Positions 18,185-27,335 of a DNA stretch of 64,000 nucleotides are shown here, piece by piece. Numbering within the stretch: the stretch's first letter is position 1; every line of letters begins with the position of its first letter. The notes under the pieces are model-generated. The model was given only the letters and a program-made list of their open reading frames with translations. It was not told where the DNA came from and made no database searches. Position numbers and translations under genes: made by a program. The stretch is from an uncultured Thermoanaerobaculia bacterium (GTDB taxonomy: Bacteria > Acidobacteriota > Thermoanaerobaculia > Multivoradales > SZUA-115): positions 133,675-197,674 of the forward strand of contig CAYQRE010000001.1 of NCBI GenBank assembly GCA_964420075.1. Direction: 5' to 3'.

Positions 18185-18910
18185 ATGCAGCAGCTGAGCG
18201 AGCTCCGGCCGCGGACCGCGGCGCGGATCACGGGTGCCCTCTACCTTCTCACCGTCCTCGCGGGCGTCGTCGCCCAGGCCTTGATCAGCGACCGGCTGGT
18301 GGTCACCGGTGACGCCGTGGCCACCGCCACCAACTTCCTCCGCCACGCGCCGCTCGTCCGCCTGGGCTTTGCCTCCTACATGGTCGAGATGCTGTGCCAG
18401 ATCGCGATGACCGCCACCCTCTACGAGCTCCTGAAGCCGGCCGGCCGTGGCCTCTCGTTGGTCGCCGCCCTGGTGAGCCTCGCCGGCTGCGTGATCAAGG
18501 CGCTCGGTCGCATCTTCTTCCTCGCGCCGCTCGTCCTGCTCTCCGGCAGCCATGCCTTCGCCAGCTTCTCGACCGCGCAGCTGCAGACCCTGGCGCTCTT
18601 CTCGCTCGCCCTCAACGACCTCGCTGCCGGTATGGCCCTCGTCTTCTTCGGGGTCAACGCCCTCGCGAAGGGCGTGCTCCTCCTGCGTTCGAGCTTCCTG
18701 CCGCGGGCCCTGGGAGTGGTCGCCCTGGCCGGCGGCCTGGGCTGGCTGAGCTTCCTCTACCCGCCGCTCGCCGACCGCCTGCTGCCCGTCGTGATGGTCG
18801 TCGGCCTGCTGGGCGCGGCAGTGCAGATCTTCTGGCTCCTTGCCTACGGCGTCGACGAGGCGCGTTGGCGCCAGCAGGCCGCCACTGCGGCAGCCTCGAT
18901 CTGGCGCTGA
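18185..18910 (+). CDS. DUF4386-family membrane protein
   Basis: 241 aa, 5-6 TM helices, N-terminal RTAARITGALYLLTVLAG typical of DUF4386. Confidence 0.5.
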   Translation: MQQLSELRPRTAARITGALYLLTVLAGVVAQALISDRLVVTGDAVATATNFLRHAPLVRLGFASYMVEMLCQIAMTATLYELLKPAGRGLSLVAALVSLAGCVIKALGRIFFLAPLVLLSGSHAFASFSTAQLQTLALFSLALNDLAAGMALVFFGVNALAKGVLLLRSSFLPRALGVVALAGGLGWLSFLYPPLADRLLPVVMVVGLLGAAVQIFWLLAYGVDEARWRQQAATAAASIWR

Positions 18911-18921
18911 GCCCTGACCGC

Positions 18922-21288
18922 TCAGGGCACGGCAGGCGGCGAGGCCTCACCGGCGAGCAGGCGGACGGCGGCGGCCAGCACCTCGTCTTCGCCACGTCGC
19001 AGGCCGGCGAGGGTCGGCGCCACCAGGAGGTCGGGCTGGATCCCCACGCGCTGCAGCTGCCGGCCGTCGGCGTGGCGCACCTGGTGGCCGCTGAAGCTCA
19101 CCACGATGCCCCCCGGCATCACCGCCTGCGTGACGTCACCGTTGGCGCCGTTGGTGGGCGTGCCGACGAAGACGACGTCCGGGCGGGCGGTCTCGAAGAA
19201 CAGGCAGCTGTGCTCGGACTGGCTGATCGCCCGTTCGTCGATCAGCACGGCCAGCTTGCCTGCGTACTGCCAGGGGCCGCCGCCCGGCACCTGCTGGACG
19301 AAATGGAGGTTGGCCTCCACGTCGCCTTCGGCAAGCAGGCCGAGGCTGCGGTCGAAGCGGGGGCCTGGGCGCGGTGCCGCCTGCAGGTAGGGGGTGAGCG
19401 ACCAGGCCGTACCGCGCGGGTAGCCGCGCAGGTCGAGGACGAGGCCCGGGGTCTGGCGCACCTGCTCCATCGCGGACGCGACCTCGGAGACTTCGAGCCG
19501 AGTGAGGTCGATGTAGCCAAGGCCGGAAGGCAGCACGGTGACCTTGGACAGGCGGTGGGCGTCGAGGAGCTCCTGGGCGGCAGGGCCAGGGGGCTGGCGG
19601 ACCGCTTCGAGGGTGTGGAGGCTGCCGTCGGCACGGCGGACCTCGAGCTTCGCCACGCTGCCCTTCTCGCCGGATAGCAGACGCCGCACCAGCACGAAGT
19701 CCCGCGCCTGCGGCGTCGAGTAGGCGAGGTAGGGCGCCAGGCGGGCGCTGCGGTCGGCGATCGTCTCGCCGTCGACGGCGACGATGACGTCCCCTACCGC
19801 CACCTCGCCGCCCGCGACGAGCGCGGGGTCGTAGATGCCGATCACCGCCAGCTCGCCGGCGATGAAGCGCACCTGCAGGCCGGGGCCGAGAAAACCACCG
19901 CTGAAGCGGTTGAAGACCGGGCTCAGAAAGAAGCCATGGGTGTCCTGCAGGCGGGCGACCAGGCCGGCGGCGGCCAGGGTGTAGGCCACGTCGTCGGCCG
20001 CCTCCGCGAAGCCAGGCATGGTCTCGACCAGGGCGTCCGCCCAGGTCCGGTCCATCAGCCCCTTGTCCGGGTAGAAGTGCTCGATGACGTTCCAGAAGCG
20101 GAAGAGGGCCAGCAGGCGCAGGGCCCGCGGCGGGTAGGGCTGGTCCTCGTAGCGGGCGTCGCGCTGGACGCGCGCCGGCGCCAGCGGTGGCGCCTGCCGC
20201 GCCAGGGGATGAGCGAGGAGCTCGAGGGCACGCGCCCGGGCGAGGTCCTCGCCGCCTGCGCCGCTAGCGGGCAGGATCGCCGAGGGCGCCAGGGTCGCGC
20301 TGCCGTCGCCGTTGACGAGCTCGGCGGTGCGCAGCGCCACCTTGACGCCCTCGCCGAGGTCGACGCCGGTCAGGGCGAGATCACTCGACCAGTCTCCTTC
20401 CTTGCCTTCAGAGACCAGGCTGGCGACCCCCGCCGCCTCGAGGCCGGCGAGGACGTCCCAGAACGGCGCCGCCTCCTGGTTGGCGAGCACCACCAGTGGC
20501 AGTGGGGCCGCCGTCGCCGCGGCCCGGCCCGGCAGCACGCGATGGTCCGCCGTCACGAACCCCGAGTAGTAGCCGGAGTAGCCGGCCACCTGGCTGGCGT
20601 AGCCGGAATGGAAGCGATGACGGAGCGCCGGCAAGACCACGTCGTGGGTGAGGAGGGCTGGTAGGTCCGTCTCGAGATTGGTGCGCAGATACGTCCCGGC
20701 CACGTACCAGCCGGCGCCATGAGCCGCCCGCAGGTCGAGCACCAGACCGGCCGCCCCTTGGGCAGCGGCGAAGGCGTCGGCGAAGAGCCCCCCGTCCCAG
20801 CGCCCGGCGGCGACCAGGCCATGGAAGTCCCGGGCGTCGATCCAGGCAACCCGGCCCGGCAGCCACTCGACCTGGGGCACCACTGGCGCGGCGGCCTCGG
20901 CGCCCGGTGGCTCCTCGTTCTCTGCCTCGCTGGGGTCGATCACGCGGCTCGGCGGGTCGCCCAGGAAGCTGAGCAGGTGTCCTACAGCGGCGCGGTACTC
21001 TGCCGTCGACGTCGCCGCCTCGACGCGCGGGATGGTGTCGAGCAGGGCCTGGTCCCAGTCGATCGGCCGCGTGGCGAGGTAGGGGTGGTAGAGCTTGGCC
21101 GTGCCCCACAGCCGAGCGACGGCAGCCAGCCGCTGGATGGCGAGCGGCGCGAGCGGTGCGTTGTCAGGGTCGCTAGGGCCGGAGTTGGGCGCGGCGGAGG
21201 CCGCCAGGGCAGCCACGGCGAGGACGGCCTGGGCGAGGACGCAGACAATGGCGGCGCCGCTCCTGGCACGGCGGTGCGATCCGAGCAT
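18922..21288 (-). CDS. S41-family C-terminal processing peptidase with PDZ domain (large, secreted)
   Basis: Start refined to ATG 21288 (AGGAGG RBS upstream; signal peptide MLGSHRRARSGAAIVCVLAQAVLAVAALAAS); PDZ (GDVIVAVDGE) and S41 catalytic region (AVLIDERAISQSEH...). Track ORF extends to 21594 but upstream part lacks RBS/signal logic. Confidence 0.72.
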   Translation of the reverse strand: MLGSHRRARSGAAIVCVLAQAVLAVAALAASAAPNSGPSDPDNAPLAPLAIQRLAAVARLWGTAKLYHPYLATRPIDWDQALLDTIPRVEAATSTAEYRAAVGHLLSFLGDPPSRVIDPSEAENEEPPGAEAAAPVVPQVEWLPGRVAWIDARDFHGLVAAGRWDGGLFADAFAAAQGAAGLVLDLRAAHGAGWYVAGTYLRTNLETDLPALLTHDVVLPALRHRFHSGYASQVAGYSGYYSGFVTADHRVLPGRAAATAAPLPLVVLANQEAAPFWDVLAGLEAAGVASLVSEGKEGDWSSDLALTGVDLGEGVKVALRTAELVNGDGSATLAPSAILPASGAGGEDLARARALELLAHPLARQAPPLAPARVQRDARYEDQPYPPRALRLLALFRFWNVIEHFYPDKGLMDRTWADALVETMPGFAEAADDVAYTLAAAGLVARLQDTHGFFLSPVFNRFSGGFLGPGLQVRFIAGELAVIGIYDPALVAGGEVAVGDVIVAVDGETIADRSARLAPYLAYSTPQARDFVLVRRLLSGEKGSVAKLEVRRADGSLHTLEAVRQPPGPAAQELLDAHRLSKVTVLPSGLGYIDLTRLEVSEVASAMEQVRQTPGLVLDLRGYPRGTAWSLTPYLQAAPRPGPRFDRSLGLLAEGDVEANLHFVQQVPGGGPWQYAGKLAVLIDERAISQSEHSCLFFETARPDVVFVGTPTNGANGDVTQAVMPGGIVVSFSGHQVRHADGRQLQRVGIQPDLLVAPTLAGLRRGEDEVLAAAVRLLAGEASPPAVP

Positions 21289-21451
21289 CGGGGGCCTCCT
21301 CACCGGGTTCTTGGCCGGCGGTGAAATGGACTGGCGAATCGTAGTCTTCCCGTTGCGCTCTGCCGCAAGCACAGGGCTTGCCCGCCGGCGAGAGAGCCCC
21401 CTGCGCGAGCGAGCTGCTAGAGTCCCTGCCGCATCCTTGAGGAGACCCCCC

Positions 21452-22273
21452 ATGCAGCGAAACTCCCGCCACACCGTGCTCGCCGCGCTCGTGCTGAGCG
21501 CTCTCGCCACCGTTCCGGCCGTCCAGGCCCAGCAATGCGCCGGCCGGGGCAACCGGCCCATGGTGTGCTCGATCGAGGTCCGTGACGTCACCAACTCCGG
21601 TCAGCCGCGGGCGATCGACCTCGAGCGCGGCATCGGCCTGCGCAAGGGCTGGGCCGTCGACCTCGACGTGGTGGCCTACGACCAGTACGGCAAGGTCTTT
21701 CCCACGGAGCGCCTGGCGGTGCGGATCGACGGCGAGGAGGACTGCCGCGGCCGGGTGGACGTCGACCAGAGTCACCGCCTCATCCACTTGAAAGGCCTCG
21801 AGCGCGGCAGCTGCACGCTGACGCTGTGGATCCCCGGCAACCTCAACCTCGAGTGGCCGCTACGGTTGGAGGTCGACCGCGAGCACCACGAGTACGGCCG
21901 TGGTCCCGGTGCCCAAAGTGTCGAGGAGGAGGTCGCGCGGCGTCTCTACCGCGCCATCCTCGACCGCGACGGCGAGCCGGCGAGCCTCGCCCGGGCGGCC
22001 GACGACATCCGGCGCGGCGGCCTCGAGCGGCTCGTCGACCAGATGCTGGCGAGCGACGAGTTCCGCCGCGAGCGCGCGAACCTGAGCCCGTCCGTCTTGC
22101 TGCAGAGCTTCTACCGCGGTCTGCTCGATCGTGACCCCGACCCCCAGGGCGTCAGGACCTACTGGGAAGACGTCCGCCGCCAGCGCTACGCCGAGGTGCT
22201 CCGCACCCTGCTCGCCTCACGCGAGTTCGCCGAGGTCTCCGGCTGGGACACCGGCCGCGGCCACCGGCGGTAG
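21452..22273 (+). CDS. Secreted protein with tandem DUF4214-like modules
   Basis: Start ATG 21452 (GAGGAG RBS), signal peptide MQRNSRHTVLAALVLSALATVPAVQA; two ...LYRAILDRDGEP.. / ..FYRGLLDRDPDPQGVRTYWED.. motifs typical of DUF4214. Confidence 0.5.
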   Translation: MQRNSRHTVLAALVLSALATVPAVQAQQCAGRGNRPMVCSIEVRDVTNSGQPRAIDLERGIGLRKGWAVDLDVVAYDQYGKVFPTERLAVRIDGEEDCRGRVDVDQSHRLIHLKGLERGSCTLTLWIPGNLNLEWPLRLEVDREHHEYGRGPGAQSVEEEVARRLYRAILDRDGEPASLARAADDIRRGGLERLVDQMLASDEFRRERANLSPSVLLQSFYRGLLDRDPDPQGVRTYWEDVRRQRYAEVLRTLLASREFAEVSGWDTGRGHRR

Positions 22274-22295
22274 GACGGTCGGGGGGGCTGGTTCC

Positions 22296-22694
22296 CTAGC
22301 GCCAGCTCTCCTCTCTCAGCAGCGGCACCCGGCGAAACTCGCCCAGGTTGTCGCTGACGAGCACCTGATCGCGAGAAAGGGCCTGGGCAGCGATCATCAG
22401 GTCGTAGGGAGCAATGGGCCTGCCCTCTCGTTGCAGGGCAGCCCGGAGGTCCCCACAGACAGCCGCAGCAGGGATGTCGAAGTCGAGGCAGGGAACCTCA
22501 GCCAGCAGGAGATCGACTCGGCGATGGTTGAACTCCGGCCGGGAGCTCTCGCTGGCACCAAAGCGAAGCTCCGCCACAACGATGCTATTGACGGCCAGGT
22601 CTTCCGGGTTCTGGCTCCGCAGCCTCGCCGCCACACCCGGGAAACGGGCGTTCAGGTAGTCGACGCAGACGTTGGTGTCGAGGAGGTACCTCAA
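22296..22694 (-). CDS. vapC: Type II toxin VapC (PIN-domain ribonuclease)
   Basis: MRYLLDTNVCVDYL N-terminus with conserved acidic residues (D6, E42, D98-like) of PIN domain; 4-bp overlap with upstream antitoxin. Confidence 0.8.
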   Translation of the reverse strand: MRYLLDTNVCVDYLNARFPGVAARLRSQNPEDLAVNSIVVAELRFGASESSRPEFNHRRVDLLLAEVPCLDFDIPAAAVCGDLRAALQREGRPIAPYDLMIAAQALSRDQVLVSDNLGEFRRVPLLREESWR

Positions 22695-22933
22695 TCGAAG
22701 TCCGGCCCGGCCTCGGCGGGGAGCGGCTCGTCGGGATAGGGAAAGTCAGGGGCACTGGCGGCGAGAGCAAGGAACTGGTCGCTCCACTGCCTGCTGACGG
22801 GTTCCAGGATCACCCGCCTCCCTTCGCGGTAGATCCTGACCTCGGTTCCCGGTGGAAAGCGAAACTCTTTGGGCAGGCGGACCGCCTGGCTACCACCGTT
22901 CGAGAACAGGGCTGCGGTCTTGGTTTGGCTCAT
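22691..22933 (-). CDS. vapB: Type II antitoxin VapB (AbrB/SpoVT/MazE-type)
   Basis: 80 aa, ...GGSQAVRLPKEFRF... swapped-hairpin DNA-binding motif; directly precedes and overlaps vapC. Confidence 0.7.
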   Translation of the reverse strand: MSQTKTAALFSNGGSQAVRLPKEFRFPPGTEVRIYREGRRVILEPVSRQWSDQFLALAASAPDFPYPDEPLPAEAGPDFD

Positions 22934-22969
22934 ACCAAGAAGAAATACCGACGGATCGTCATGTTTTGT

Positions 22970-24298
22970 CTATACATTCACCAACTCCTTCGCCTTCGCC
23001 TCAGCCACCAGGGCCGCGATGCGGTCGAGGCCACGGTCGACCTCCTCGGCCGCGGGGCCGAAGGAGAGCCGCAGGTGCTGGTGGAAGCGCGAGAAGCTGC
23101 GCGAGCGCCGGCCGCCAGGGTTGACGTCGAAGAACACGCCGGGCACCGAGATCACCTGCCGGGCGAGGGCGGCACGGAAGAAGTCCATGCCGTCGGCGAG
23201 CGGCTCGGGCAGGCCGGCAAGGCTCACCCAGGCGTAGAAGGTGCCCTGGGGCTCGAGGTCGAAGCGGAAGCCGAGCTCGCGCAGGCGGGTGAGCATGCGC
23301 TGCCGCTTGGTCCCGAAATGGCGCTGGATGGCTGCCGCCTCGGCGAGCACGGCCGCCGGTTCCAGAAGGTCAGCGGCCGCCCGCTGCAAGGGCCGCGTGC
23401 CACCGCCGTCGAGAAAGGAGCCGGCGCTCACCATGGCGTCGATCACCGACTTCGGCCCCAGCGCCCAGGTGACCCGCCAGCCCGGGTAGCGCCAGTTCTT
23501 GGTCAGCCCGTCAAAGAGGACGATGGGGTCGCGATCGACGTCCTCGACGTAGCGGGCGGCGCTCACCGTCGGGCCCGGCTCGTCGGCGGCGTGGCCCCAG
23601 ATGTAGTGCGAGTAGAACTCGTCGATCAGCAAGGCGCAGTCGAGACGACGGGCGATCCCCACCCAGTCCGCCAGCTCGCCGCCGGAGAGCAGCTTGCCCG
23701 TGGGGTTGCAGGGGTTCGAAAGCAGCAGGGCCGAGAGGCCGCGGCCGAGCACTTCGCGCTCGAGCTGGGCGGCGGTGAAGGCGTAGCCGCGCTCCGGGTC
23801 GAGCAGGATGGGGATGGCGGTGAACAGCCGGAAGATGTCGAGCAGCTCCTCATAGGCCGTGTAATCGGGCAGGAAGTGGCCGAGGTTGATGTGGCCGAGC
23901 ACCGCCGCGGCGCGGGTGAGCGAGGCCCGCCCGCCGCCCGCGATGGCGACATTCTCGGCCGAGTACTGCGACTTCATCCCCCGGCGGTAGAGCTGGTTGA
24001 CCAACGAGGCCACCGCCTCGCGCAGCTCCATCACGCCGCCGACCGGGGCGTACTCGTGGTCCGCCGGGTCGATGGTGATCGCCGGCCGGCGCGCCGGCGC
24101 CCCGGCGAGCGGGCCGGTCTCCGGCTGGCCCTGGCCGAGGTTGCTCCAGGCGGGGTGGCCGGAGCGAAAGCCCCGCTCGCGGGCCTCGGTGGTGACGTAG
24201 ATCACCCCGGTGCGGGGTACCTGGCGGAAGGCCGAGACCTGGGAACGCTCCCCGCCCGGCGGCTCGATCAGACCCATGCCGTCCTCCTCACGAACCAC
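22970..24298 (-). CDS. Class I/II PLP-dependent aminotransferase (possible C-S/C-Se lyase role; start probably ATG 24277)
   Basis: LSNPCNPTGK motif and PLP-lysine region LTKNWRYPGWRVTW; last gene of the egtB-like/selA operon. Confidence 0.72.
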   Translation of the reverse strand: MVREEDGMGLIEPPGGERSQVSAFRQVPRTGVIYVTTEARERGFRSGHPAWSNLGQGQPETGPLAGAPARRPAITIDPADHEYAPVGGVMELREAVASLVNQLYRRGMKSQYSAENVAIAGGGRASLTRAAAVLGHINLGHFLPDYTAYEELLDIFRLFTAIPILLDPERGYAFTAAQLEREVLGRGLSALLLSNPCNPTGKLLSGGELADWVGIARRLDCALLIDEFYSHYIWGHAADEPGPTVSAARYVEDVDRDPIVLFDGLTKNWRYPGWRVTWALGPKSVIDAMVSAGSFLDGGGTRPLQRAAADLLEPAAVLAEAAAIQRHFGTKRQRMLTRLRELGFRFDLEPQGTFYAWVSLAGLPEPLADGMDFFRAALARQVISVPGVFFDVNPGGRRSRSFSRFHQHLRLSFGPAAEEVDRGLDRIAALVAEAKAKELVNV

Positions 24299-24379
24299 CC
24301 GTGCGCGCGCCGACGCGGCGAGGGGCTCACTGCTGGGGTGCAGGCGGCGCAGGCCCGGGGGACAAGGCAGACTTGGCGC

Positions 24380-25795
24380 TCAGCCGGCCTGGGCGCCCAG
24401 ACTGGCGGCGAGCGCGCGCAGGCGAGCGGCGAGCGGCCCGACCTCGTCCTCCCCCACGGTGCGGACGTCGAGCAGCAGCCGCTCGTCCTGCACACGGCCG
24501 ACCACCGCCGGCTCGCCCTGGCGCAGGCGAGCGGCGAGCTCGGCCGCCGGCAGGCCGCCGAGCGCCAGCTCGACGCCGAAGCTCGGCAGCGCCTCGGCCG
24601 GCAGCGAGCCACTGCCGGCCTGCGACTGGCAGGCGACCACCCGGCAGGGGAGGCCCGCGACACCCGCCAGGCGGCGCGCCAGGCGGCGGGCGCGGCCTTC
24701 GAGGTCCGCCGGCGACGCGGTCAGGCGGGCGAGGGCCGGCACCGAGCGGCAGGCGGCCGCCTCACCCGCCCGGTAGAGGCGCAGGGTCGCCTCGAGGGCG
24801 GCGTAGACCAGGCGGCCGGGGCGCAGGGCGCGGAACAGCGGCTGGCGCCGGCAGCGCTCGACGAGCTCACGGCGACCGAGGATCACCCCGCATTGGGGGC
24901 CACCGAGCAGCTTGTCGCCCGAGAAGCAAACGAGGTCGGCGCCGGCGGCGAGCGAGGCGCCCACCCAGGGCTCGGCGGGCAGGCCCTGGGCACCGAGGTC
25001 GACGAGGCAGCCGGAGCCCAGGTCGTGCACCACCGGCACGGCGTGCTCACGGCCGAGCGCCACCAGCTCCGCGAGCGCGACCTCGGCGGTGAAGCCCACG
25101 ATGCGGTAGTTCGAGGGGTGGACCTTGAGGATCATCGCCACCTCGCCGGCCGCCGCCTCCAAGGCTCGGCGGTAGTCGGCCGGGTGCGTGCGGTTGGTGG
25201 CGCCGACCTCGGCGAGGACGGCGCCGCTCTCGGCCATCACCTCGGGGATGCGGTAGGAGCCGCCGATCTCGACCAGCTCGCCGCGCGAGATCAGCACTCG
25301 CCGGCCGCGGGCCAGGGTGGCGAGGATCAGCAGCGTGGCAGCGGCGTTGTTGTTGACCACCGTCGCCGCCTCGGCGCCCGTCAGCTCGCAGAGCAGGGCC
25401 GCCACCCCCTCCTCGCGGCCGCCGCGGCCGCCGCTCGCGAGGTCCATCTCCAGGCGCTGGGCACCACCGGCCGTCGCGGCGAGAGCGGCGACCGCAGCCT
25501 CGGCGAGCGGGGCACGGCCGAGGTTGGTGTGGAGGACGACGCCGGTGGCGTTGATCACCCGGCGGTAGAAGGGCCGCGCCCGCTCGCTGAGCTGCGCCGC
25601 CAGCCGCTCGGCGATCGCCTGCGCCGTGAGCTCGTCAACGGCGAGCGCGCCGCCGCGGGCCCTCTGCCGCAAGCTCGCGAGCTCGGCGCGCAGCGCGGCC
25701 GTCACCTCGGCGAGGGAGAAGCGCTCGGCGAGCTCGCGCAAGGGCGCGCTCGCCAGCAGCCTCCCCGCCTGCGGCAGCTGGCGCATCGCCGCCAC
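24380..25795 (-). CDS. selA: L-seryl-tRNA(Sec) selenium transferase (selenocysteine synthase)
   Basis: 471 aa; N-terminal tRNA-binding-domain-like LPQAGRLL..., PLP-lysine motif FSGDKLLGGPQCG; length and motifs match bacterial SelA. Confidence 0.8.
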   Translation of the reverse strand: MAAMRQLPQAGRLLASAPLRELAERFSLAEVTAALRAELASLRQRARGGALAVDELTAQAIAERLAAQLSERARPFYRRVINATGVVLHTNLGRAPLAEAAVAALAATAGGAQRLEMDLASGGRGGREEGVAALLCELTGAEAATVVNNNAAATLLILATLARGRRVLISRGELVEIGGSYRIPEVMAESGAVLAEVGATNRTHPADYRRALEAAAGEVAMILKVHPSNYRIVGFTAEVALAELVALGREHAVPVVHDLGSGCLVDLGAQGLPAEPWVGASLAAGADLVCFSGDKLLGGPQCGVILGRRELVERCRRQPLFRALRPGRLVYAALEATLRLYRAGEAAACRSVPALARLTASPADLEGRARRLARRLAGVAGLPCRVVACQSQAGSGSLPAEALPSFGVELALGGLPAAELAARLRQGEPAVVGRVQDERLLLDVRTVGEDEVGPLAARLRALAASLGAQAG

Positions 25796-25809
25796 GTCCG
25801 TGCCGCGGC

Positions 25810-27156
25810 TCAGAGCGACCTCGCGAGGCGGATGCCGGTCATCTGAAAACGGGTGTCGGCCGGCCAGAAGTTGCGGTAGCTCGGCCGAATGTGGTCAGCC
25901 GGCGTGGCACAGGAGCCACCGCGCAGCACGCGCTGGTTGTCCATGAACTTGCCGTTGTACTCCATCAGGTTGCCGTCGAACGGCCGATAGCCGGGGTAGG
26001 CCTCGTAGTGGTTGCTGGTCCATTCCCAGAGGTCGCCCGCCATCTGGACCAGCCCCTCACCGGCGGGCGCCGGGCGGGGATGGAAGTGCCGGCGGTCGAG
26101 GAAGTTGCCGGCGTCGACGGCGAAGCCATGCTGGCGGGCGGCGTGCTCCCACTCGCGCTCAGTAGGCAGCCGCGCCTCCCGGAAGGGCGTGGCGCTCGCC
26201 GCCTTCCAGCGCGCGAAGGCATCGGCCTCGTAGAAGCTGACGTGGGCCACCGGCTCGGCGGGCGCCACCGGGCGGGCGCCGGCGAGCGTCCACTGCCACC
26301 AGGCGCCGCCCTCCAGCCACCAGTAGAGCGGCGCCTGCCAACCCTCTTCCTTGGCCGTGGCCCAGCCGTTCGACAGCCAGAGGAGGGGCTGCCGGTAGCC
26401 GCCGTCAGCGATGAACTCCAGGTACTCGCCGGCGGTCACCAAGCGGTCGAGGAGAGCGAATGGCTCGAGATGGGCGCGGTGCACGGCGAGCTCGTTGTCC
26501 CAACACCAGCCCCCCTCGCGGTTGCCGATCTCGACCACGCCCCCGGCCACCTCCACCCAGCGCGGCGCGCGCGCCGCGCCGCCGGGTACCGGCTCGGCGA
26601 GGGGGTAGGCGGCACGCAGCGGCGGCGGCACCGTCCAGAAAATGTGCTTGAGCTCGGTGAGCAGCAGCTCCTGATGCTGCTGCTCGTGCTGGAGGCCGGT
26701 AGCCACCAGCTCGGCGATCGCTGGCAGGGACGCCTCCGGCGCGCTCGCCAGCAGTGCCGCCATGCGGCCATCCACCGAGCGGCGGTAGGCCAGGACCTCG
26801 GCGTTCGTCGGCCGCGACACCAGGCCCCGCTGGGCGCGGGGCAGCCGCGGCCCCAGGCTCTCGTAATACGAGTTCAGCACGTACTCGTAGCGGCCGTCGT
26901 CGGCCGCACCGGCGCCGTGGGGCTCGAGCACGTTCTTGGCAAAGAACCAGGTGGTGTGCCCGAGGTTCCACCAGGGCGGCGAGACGTCCGGCATCGACTG
27001 GATGCGGTACTCCTCGGGCTGGAGCGGCGCCGTGAGCTCCATCGAGAGCCCGCGCACCCGCCGGTAGCCCTCGGCGAGGGCCTGGCGATCGACCGCCGTG
27101 CCGGCCTGCCCGCCCGTCAAGCTCTCGGCTGAGATCTCGGTCAAGGTCTCGCTCAT
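25810..27156 (-). CDS. egtB: EgtB-family sulfoxide synthase-like protein (DinB_2 + FGE-sulfatase domains)
   Basis: Start refined to ATG 27156 (GGGAGGGA RBS; MSETLTEIS...); N-terminal His motifs (WNLGHTTWFF, LQHEQQHQELL = 3-His iron site pattern) and C-terminal FGE-like RVLRGGSCATP...; 14 nt upstream of selA on same strand. Confidence 0.72.
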   Translation of the reverse strand: MSETLTEISAESLTGGQAGTAVDRQALAEGYRRVRGLSMELTAPLQPEEYRIQSMPDVSPPWWNLGHTTWFFAKNVLEPHGAGAADDGRYEYVLNSYYESLGPRLPRAQRGLVSRPTNAEVLAYRRSVDGRMAALLASAPEASLPAIAELVATGLQHEQQHQELLLTELKHIFWTVPPPLRAAYPLAEPVPGGAARAPRWVEVAGGVVEIGNREGGWCWDNELAVHRAHLEPFALLDRLVTAGEYLEFIADGGYRQPLLWLSNGWATAKEEGWQAPLYWWLEGGAWWQWTLAGARPVAPAEPVAHVSFYEADAFARWKAASATPFREARLPTEREWEHAARQHGFAVDAGNFLDRRHFHPRPAPAGEGLVQMAGDLWEWTSNHYEAYPGYRPFDGNLMEYNGKFMDNQRVLRGGSCATPADHIRPSYRNFWPADTRFQMTGIRLARSL

Positions 27157-27335
27157 CGTCCCTCCCGCGCCGAGGCCGCTCCCCCGTGGAGGGCTCGACC
27201 GCTCTGCTGGGCCTCCTGTGCTGCTCGCTCCGCGGCGACGCCTGTCCAATCTAGCAGAGCCGTCAACGCCCTCAGGAGGCGAGGTGGCGGCGGCTGGCGG
27301 TTCCGCGCGGGCAACTGCGTTCCCCTCGTCGAGAG

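Noticed and set aside
16232-18553. 773-aa minus-strand ORF antisense to the patatin gene
   Set aside because: No start context, low-complexity Gly/Ala/Glu/Arg composition; GC-driven open frame.
22925-25846. 973-aa plus-strand ORF spanning vapB, the aminotransferase and selA on the opposite strand
   Set aside because: Low-complexity Gly/Ala/Arg/Glu-rich product; the minus strand encodes three proteins with specific PLP and SelA motifs.
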